From: Lingula anatina
Lineage: Eukaryota; Animalia; Brachiopoda
Assembly (NCBI GenBank): GCA_051362555.1
Contig: CM120640.1
Location: 28,172,503 to 28,236,502, forward strand
Direction of reading: 5' to 3'
Length of the DNA stretch: 64,000 bases
Numbering within the stretch: position 1 is the first letter of the stretch; each line of letters opens with the position of its first letter. The translations under genes and the position numbers were made by a program. Below, one piece after another: positions 62,432 to 64,000 of this stretch. Under the pieces are notes generated by a model, which worked only from the letters and a program-made list of their open reading frames with translations, made no database searches and was not told the origin of the DNA.

Positions 62432-64000
62432 AATATTTATTACGCTAATTTGAGTTCCATGCTCCTTTTGGATTTAAATATCCAACTCGTGTTTGCCTCA
62501 TGTAACAGAAAATAAAGATTGTCTCGTCAAAGTCTTGAAATAATTTTACTTATTTGTATCAGCTTCTTTTGAGAGAAACAGCCATGTTATAAATATCTTT
62601 CAAAGCCAGTCGGAAATATCTAATAAACGTTTGCTCAATAACACAATTCACGATTGTCTTTAACTCCTGTTTCTTCCAATAGGTGGCAGAGTAAACTTTT
62701 ATGAAGGTCATTTATCAAATCTTGTCATTTCTTTAAATCATGACTTTTCTCTAAGAGTTTCTTAAGAATCGGTGAAAAGCTTTCTCTAATTATTGCAATT
62801 ACTTCATCAACAAAGTTGATTGTAGATAAGATTTAATAAACGTTAATATTCCACTATGACACCTTTTAAAATCTTTCAATTATTTAGATCAATTTTATAG
62901 AAAAATTATTGAAAGTCAAATCTATATTTAGGAAAAAAAAAAAAACATATGCCAGGGATCTATTGTTAAACTTATGTAATCAAAACGAAATGGAATAGAT
63001 TCTATATGCATCAAAACGTGAATCACCTAAATTCCCAGCAGGACGATCTTTATTACAATAGAACAGAGAGGCTGGCACAGAATGGAAAATGTCAAGTCAC
63101 CATTAGGAAACTGTACGGAACTGACAACAAATGTCAGATCAAGGGTTTTTATCGATTTCTTTCAGAATAGGATTTTAATGCAACATGGATTTGTCATTAA
63201 TGATAATATTGCAATGGCTGAATCTGTCAATGTTGGAGAAGAATAGGCCTTCTGAAGACAGATGAAGTGGTTTTGAAGACATCTTTGTGCTTGAGAAGTT
63301 ATCAATGATGTATTTGTGGGGAATTATTCCGTCCTTTTCTTTCATGTTATTTGATTTGGATGTGTGGACAAAAATAGTTTCAAAAAGATTGGCACACTCA
63401 TCTTTTTTTCTAATTATACACTTGGCAAATCAAATCAAGTTAAAAACATTAACCAGGATAAAATTAAGCACAATATAAATGTGCAGAAAATGATAACGTT
63501 AAATTGCCATACAGGTGAAAAAAAAAAGGGAAAATTCAGTTTTTAATTGTGAAAAAAAAAGAAGAAAAAGAAAGAAAAAACTTTTAATTCTGGCACAGGT
63601 TGACAATACAAACGGCTCTGCTGTGCTGGTGTGCAACTAATTCAGGAGATATTTGCATATCTTACATCTCTCTGACACAAATCCAATTCATTTCTACACT
63701 TCAGACTGTTATCACCCCACTATTAATATAGACACATATGACTTGATATACATTATATTTATTGCTGAAGGAGTAAAAAGTTGTGTTCTATATTTCTCCA
63801 TGAATATGAAATATACAAACAGTGAATTCAAGATTAATATTACAAGATTTAATAAATTCTTGGCATATGTACATTACAGAACTATACAATATTTAGAATA
63901 AATTTTAACAATATCAATGCACAGTGACACAGGATATTTTGGCAGATTGAACAGTTTTACTAGTAGAAATTCAGTAACTCTTTCTGTGATATAGTAACAT

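Noticed and set aside
62432-64000. Short ORFs downstream of CLN6
   Set aside because: No recognisable motifs or convincing exon structure; treated as UTR or intergenic.

Overview
AT-rich, intron-rich animal genomic DNA from an invertebrate bilaterian (possibly a lophotrochozoan; the taxon cannot be fixed from the sequence). In order the window holds: the 3' half of an apparently intact DIRS1-type tyrosine-recombinase retrotransposon (RT/RNase H/methyltransferase-like ORF, YR ORF, ICR and right terminal repeat), probably in an intron of a cytosolic carboxypeptidase 1 gene (AGTPBP1/AGBL1-like, +, last 11 exons); a large minus-strand four-domain voltage-gated channel with a DEEA filter and MFL inactivation motif (Nav2 class); and MOCS2B (+), POLR3C (-, with a U12-type intron), NUDT17 (+), FEM1B (-) and CLN6 (+). 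Several MITEs with clean TSDs, foldback elements and microsatellites are present. The most notable points are: the MOCS2-POLR3C-NUDT17-FEM1B-CLN6 block, whose human orthologues lie in three paralogous regions each anchored by a collagen-binding integrin gene; a hidden alternative N-terminal exon of Nav2; U2-type introns at the Nav positions that are AT-AC in vertebrates; and MOCS2B without its usual bicistronic MOCS2A partner. Exon boundaries were read by eye and may be off by a few bases. No clearly novel multi-gene system was identified.
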